From the human T2T-CHM13v2.0 reference genome, Homo sapiens: a stretch of DNA of 64,000 nt. The DNA is taken from assembly GCF_009914755.1 (NCBI RefSeq), contig NC_060931.1; one strand, 5' to 3'. Shown here piece after piece: positions 57,981-64,000 of the stretch. Below the pieces are notes generated by a model. That model searched no databases and was not told the DNA's origin. It saw only the letters and a program-made list of their open reading frames with translations. The translations under genes and the position numbers were made by a program. The number at the start of each line of letters is the position of its first letter. Position 1 is the stretch's first letter.

Positions 57981-59369
57981 ACAACTCCTTTCTTTAGCAT
58001 TGCCGTAACCATGATGTCTTATGGATCACATGAAGATTTAGGTCAAAACTCTATTTGAATCAGTATTAAAAACTTACTGAAGTTTTCAGTTAATTATGTC
58101 TAAAAATTATATCTGAATTAATTTATGGAATAATGCAAGTGAATAAAAATGTTTAACATTTCAATTCTTTCAGTCAATATTAGAATATATTAAATATGTT
58201 AATCAGGACATTAGACATTAAAATGTTTACCACTCAAAAATTTAACTATAAGAAATCTTGAATGTCCATGAGCATATCTGTCCTGTTCACCACTGTGTCT
58301 TCAGTCCCTAGAACAATACTTTACCCTAAATAAAAATGGGTACAATGAAGTGGTATGAAAGACTGAATTCATTAGGATTAGCCTAGATAACTGCCCATCA
58401 TTTGCATTTACATAATTTCTTTTAACCTTCATAATAATTCCCCAGTAGTTACTGCTATTTCCATTTTCTAGGGAGAAAATGTTAGTAGTGCTTACAAATT
58501 ATAATTTATCAAATTCTCATTTATGTAAAAATAAACTTACTAGTATAAATATGACTAGTTGGAGGAGTTGCTAATGCGTATTGCATGCTTACAATATGCT
58601 AGGGACTGTTCGAGTTTTACAATTAATCTTCATGCCAACTTTAACATAGATACTATTTTTCTCCAATTTAGTTATGAGTTAATATTTTTAGATCTTACAT
58701 ATATGATGTAGAATACATTTTTGAAAGAATGATATTTTCTTAAAATTATATGTAGTTATTAAAAAGTCAAAGTAGCCCCAAAATGTGCAAAGAAAAAACA
58801 AAAAAAGAAAATCTCTCTGAAGTACAATCATTGGTAACAATTGGGTAACATTGTTCCAGGCTTATCTTTGTTAAAATTATATCTGACAGCCTTTATATTT
58901 TAAAACCTGGGTTGTATTATACATGATTTTAATATAAACTGTTAAATAAAATGTATTTTACGAAAGGAACATAAAAGTCACAGGATTTCTGATAAATTTC
59001 TGATAAATATTTCTTTATAACAAATGATATATGCACCTAAAGAAATATATCAACTTACAAAAGCAATATTATGGAGACCCTTATATGTGTTTCTTTCAAC
59101 ATTATGTGTGCATTTTAGGCTATATTAAATTGACGAATTTTTTTTCTCTATATTATGTAGTTATATTTTTATTTTTATATTGTCAAGATATATACCAGTT
59201 ATTTACAGGTATGGAAACTTCATCCCCCACATTTACTATTAGTTTTATAGTTACACAGTTGAGTATTAGTTATGTAATAGATGGTTACATGTGTTCAAGA
59301 TCTATTATCATGACATATGAATTCCTGGATTCTTCAGTTTGATTAGTCTGTTAGTCTGATGTAGTTTAT

Positions 59370-59720
59370 CATCAAATAGAAGTTTCATATTTGCTGTATT
59401 TCCAGTGTTGAAGCTTGCTGTAAAATATTTTATTCTGGTAAGAAAGTGCCTACATGTAAGTTTCTTGTTGCTCTTTCTTTTCTCAGAATTTGAAAGATAT
59501 TACTCTGTGTTCTGAAGTTGAGTGTTACTAAAGCAGCAGCTAAACAGAATAGCATGTTCTTACAGCATGTTTGCATATGATTTGCTTTTGCCCTTTTAAA
59601 ACCTCGGGTTCAAAATCTTCAGTTTCAGAAATGTTCTTCAACTAAAATTTTACTTATTTTGGCTCATTTTTTTGTGCTTCGTTTTATTCTTCCCAGGGTC
59701 ACATATTGGGTCCTTTATTT
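59370..59720 (-). mobile_element. Very old L1ME ORF1-region fragment
   Basis: ttctcagaatttgaaagatattactctgtgttctg...tcttcagtttcagaaatgttcttc. Confidence 0.5.
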
Positions 59721-61659
59721 TTTTATATAAAATATACTCTTTGTAATGTCTTATAAATGTGTGCTTTTATATGACATTCAATTGGATATGGAGGGGAAGT
59801 TCGTAGGTAGACTTAATTGCTGGATTATAAATATTAGGATATGCACTTGATGATGTAAGTATTGGTTTGGGTAAACATGAGGTTTGTTTTATGAAGAATA
59901 AGATTCATTCTGAATGTAATAAACCAAGTTGAGAACAATGTTTTTCGTCTTCTTTGTTGGGTGATTTCTTATATTTTAAACATTTATTAAACGTGTATAG
60001 GAGCTGTTGAGTTCACTTTAACCACTAAATTTTCCAAAGATTTATTTCTACTATGTAGGATTTGAAAGGTAGAGGAAAAACTTAGAAAATTGAGCCATCA
60101 TTGTGATCCGTGCTTATTTTGGCAGTACTTTCATGGGATAAATATTTTCATTTTATTTTTTATCTTGTGCTCCCAATGAGCTAAGCAATGGGTCATTTTA
60201 CAGCATTTCAGGTAAGGGATGCTTGTTTTCTCATCCTTCTGCCATAAGTCTTTATGATATCTTAATATTATCTGGTAATATTTAGCAAATTTCAATTTTA
60301 GTAGCATTTGCATTCTCTGTTCAAGTCAATTTCTAATAGATTACATTCTCCAGAGCTGCCCTGATTCCCGTGGCTTCTTAACACCAAATGCTAAACTCTT
60401 TCTTCAATTCTGTGAACCACAGAGTATCCTACAAATATCTTCACTTTTTGGCTTAGTTTCTATTATTTACAACCGAAAGACCACTTGTAAGTAAGAGAAT
60501 AAAAATATTCTTCCCATTTAAGAAAATTCATGATCTCAGGCAAAAAATAAAAAAAAATCGATGCTTGCAAGGTTATATTCAATTATGTCTTGAAATATTT
60601 GTGATCATTTAATTTAATCCTATAAAAAATCTCAACTTGATCCTTACTGTTTCTCAGTGGATTCTTGTAATAAGTTTTCTTTCTATTAAAAAATTTTAGT
60701 TGTAAATATTTTTAATATGAAGAGAATATTGATTTAAAAGTGAAGTAGATGATAAAATATAGCAGAAGTAGATGTTTTATAAAACATACTTGGGAAAGGC
60801 AAAGAAGCTCCCATCTTGTCTTTGAGATACCGGGACACAGATTTGCATAAAAGAGGCACCCTCAAGGACATGTGGTGTCTTATCACATCGAAATGGGCTA
60901 GAAAAGGAAGTTCATAGGCAGAGTATTAGGAAGAAGACTGGAAATATAAAATGATTACATATGAAACTACTTTGTGGCTCTACTTAACCAAGGCAATGCA
61001 AATATTGTACAGAGTTTGCCGTGCCTCTAACATCCAAATGACTCTTTCTCCAGAGGCAGCAGAGACCTAAAATTATTCATTTAGTTGCAAAAGGAATTAG
61101 AAGATTCACTATTCGGGCTGCAGACTATTAAGTCAATTTGCTGTTTTGTATATTACTTTTATACTTAAAGGACTTTTATGTAAAGTGAAATCGAAAGATC
61201 AACTAAGTATTTGTTGAGAAACCCACATATTCTGTATTTCTGTAACAGTATCAATTACATTTTTATAACAAGAGTTTTCATTCTATCCTTTGATTCAGAA
61301 GAGTTGCTAAACTATTTGAACCTGATAATCTGATCCAATGAAAATTATAAAGGAGACTTGGGACGAAGTTACCAGCAGAGGATAAGACTAAACACCTCAT
61401 TTGGGATCCAAGTAAAGATTTGTGAAAATTGTAGTCACAGTATAAAGGTCCAGCAAAAATAAAACATCTCATATCAATGGCCAACCTACAGACCTTTAAG
61501 AGTGATACTACAGTAATACATATGTAACAAAACACTCCAGTGTCCTAATTAGCTACGTTTTTAAAGGGAAATCTATTTGATAGTAGTAAAATCACAGCAA
61601 GAAATAAGAACTAGCTATATGCAGAAGAGTTTGGTGATAGGAATTTGGAGGGGGGACAA

Positions 61660-62092
61660 AAGTTATCCTATGTTCAAGTCCCAATACCAGTACCTCAGAA
61701 GGTGATTTTGTTTGTCAATAGGACTTTTAAAAAAAGTAATTGAGATTAAATGAGATTATATAGGTAGGCCCTAATTCATGCGACTATATTTGCAAATAAG
61801 GCATTGAAAGAGATGACTAAGTTAAAATGAGGCCCAGAGGGTGCGGTATTAATCCAGCATGACTGGTGTCACCAGGCATTCCTGAATACAGAGAAAAGGA
61901 CAGAAAAGGCCACATGAGGACATAGCCAGAAAACAGGCATTAGCTAGACAAGAAAAAAGGCTCCAGGAGAAAAAAAACCTGCTGACACCTTGATCTTGGA
62001 CTTCCAGCCTCCAAAACCATGAGAAATAAATTTCTGCTATTTCAGCTGCCCAGTCTGTGGAATTTCATTATGGCAGCCCTAGTAAACTAATT
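61660..62092 (+). mobile_element. MLT1B-like LTR with an internal duplicated block
   Basis: cagtacctcagaagg...gctgacaccttgatcttggacttccagcctcca...ggcagccctagtaaactaat. Confidence 0.85.
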
Positions 62093-63218
62093 CTCATCTT
62101 CCCAAAGTTCTCTTTTATACACTGTTTTTACCCCTTTCGTATGAAGTAATTATTTTCTCTTCACCTGGGGGCCATAGTACAATTAAAATACTATTTATGA
62201 TGTAATTTTTCAAGTCTCCAAGTGTCCAATGTGGAGCAGGCATTATGCCTTTAATTTAACCCAGCCCTTAATTCTATATGCTGTAGAGTCTAATGCTTTG
62301 ATTTTTGTAGTGTGCTGAAAGTTCAAGTGCATCCTGTTGAAATTCTCAGCAGCAGAGAATAAATTTAGCAAAATAAAAATGTTTTACTGAATTAAATTCA
62401 TGGTACTTGCACAGCCTGAGAACACACTCCCAAAGATCTCAATAATATTTCACTGTTTTGTTAGGCTACGAACTTTCCCAGTATGAACTTTTGACCAGAT
62501 TATTCTAATGCCTGTATTGATCAAAAACATTAAATATTATGTCTTTCTCGCTCAATTAAGTGAAATGTAGGCGCATAAAAAGTAGCTGAATCCAGTATTG
62601 GAGAATTTGTTTTTATCTATTTTACAAAATTACGGGTACTTTGTACTTCCAAAGTCTGATACTGTACATTAACAATTGATCATTTCATATGAAAAAAATC
62701 CCTTATGTCAAGACAAACTCTGGTAATTTTTTTCATCTTTGCAATTAAGTCACCAGAATTCTAGTTTCCTGTGGCATTCGCCATCCTGCATTCCAAACAT
62801 TTCGAAGCATACAACTAGATAATTAAAAAGCTGTTACCCTTTCAATTGCCAACCACCATTTGTGGCAATTCTGCCCATTATCAGGCTGGTATATTTTGGG
62901 GGCATGTAAATCGGTATGGATTGAATGAAGGTTGCCAGACGCTGGTTTTTACTGTTTAGGAACATACACAAAACGTCACCAGCCTGGCATCTAACAGGAT
63001 AAAACATATGAGTAATGTTGCACGCCTCACTTGTGTCGGGTACATGCTATGAGACTTTCCAATACCATCACATTTTCCCCTTCCCAAAACCTTCTGAAGT
63101 AGATATTTTAATCCTCAGTTTAGAGAAGAAATTGAGGCTTTGATTAGACTAAAGTATTTATCAAATGGTTATCTACCGCTATCTCAAGAGCAGTTCCTCT
63201 AGAGTCATTTAGACCAAC

Positions 63219-63403
63219 TGAGTCATGTCTGTCTCTTGCAAATACTTGGTAATCCACTGTGCTTGCACTGTTCTTTGTGACATTTGTGGTCACTGTGAGC
63301 ACTGAGATAAAAGTTTCAATAGCAAGTGGCCATACTACAGAAGAAATTCTTATATAATGAGGCATTTGGCCAGAAAAAGTGTCAGACGGACCATGAGTCA
63401 GCA
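63219..63403. promoter_or_regulatory. Candidate enhancer motif cluster (AP-1, RUNX, GATA, NF-E2/CNC-sMaf)
   Basis: TGAGTCA 63219-63225, TGTGGT 63285-63290, AGATAA 63305-63310, ATGAGTCAGCA 63393-63403; motif evidence only. Confidence 0.3.
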
Positions 63404-64000
63404 GTTTTTTCCCCCCATCACACAATCAGAGTTCACTCAATTGGGTTCCTCTTAAAATTGTGTCCTCACTGACATTATTACACAATTTCCAAGTAAAAAC
63501 AGTTATGTTGAGTTATGTGATGTTTTCTGAAGAAATTGACTGAATTTTATAAATCTGACTAACACATAGGGGAAATGCCTATGTTATGGTTTAGGGTTTA
63601 TAAAAACAGTATTTAGAACCCCTATGCTAGGCACTATGCTAAGTGATTTCACAGTTATTAGGGCAGAGGGGCAGAATAGGTTAAGTTGTTTAATAAGTAA
63701 GTCTTACAGAAGAGTGGATTATAATGCGTAAATTCACCATATCATTGCTTTACTGGCACATTCCTTTCTTATTCTCTTTTACAACTCAAAAGAGAATCAT
63801 ACAAGATTCAGTTGCTTGCCATTCCTTTTTGACTAGACAAAAAGCAAAGAAATAAAGGAAGGCATTTGCTGGTGCTAAGAAAGCCTCCTTTAGGAAAGCT
63901 GAAAGGGGCTGTAATTAGTTCCCAAATACCATCTTGAATTCACTGTGCATTATTTTTCACACACAAAATTGAGCATTGGAGACCAAAGGACATGGAATGT

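Noticed and set aside
59031-59342. 103-aa ORF and other isolated 90-100-aa ORFs (13186, 18823, 31153, 39796, 63144)
   Set aside because: Their number is about what chance gives in 64 kb of AT-rich DNA, and I recognise no domains

Overview
AT-rich, repeat-dense hominoid (human or great-ape) genomic DNA. The species call rests on a full-length SVA, an AluY and a young L1PA. There is no intact cellular CDS; the long ORFs in the track are L1, Alu or SVA read-throughs or chance frames. Much of the window is TE-derived (L1PA/L1M, Alu, SVA, MaLR/ERVL LTRs, L2, MIR, L3, MER DNA transposons). The main non-TE signal is on the minus strand between ~26400 and ~1830. It is a series of decayed, splice-site-bounded segments whose frameshift-tolerant translations resemble, in the correct order, the PDZ0-GK-WW-WW-PDZ1-5 architecture of MAGI-family scaffolds. 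I read this as a candidate ancient unprocessed pseudogene of a compact MAGI-like paralogue. The MAGI and repeat-consensus comparisons were made by eye from remembered sequences and need HMM/tblastn/RepeatMasker confirmation. Other observations include a twin-primed 5'-inverted L1, a duplicated 17-nt micro-exon cassette and several templated micro-insertions.
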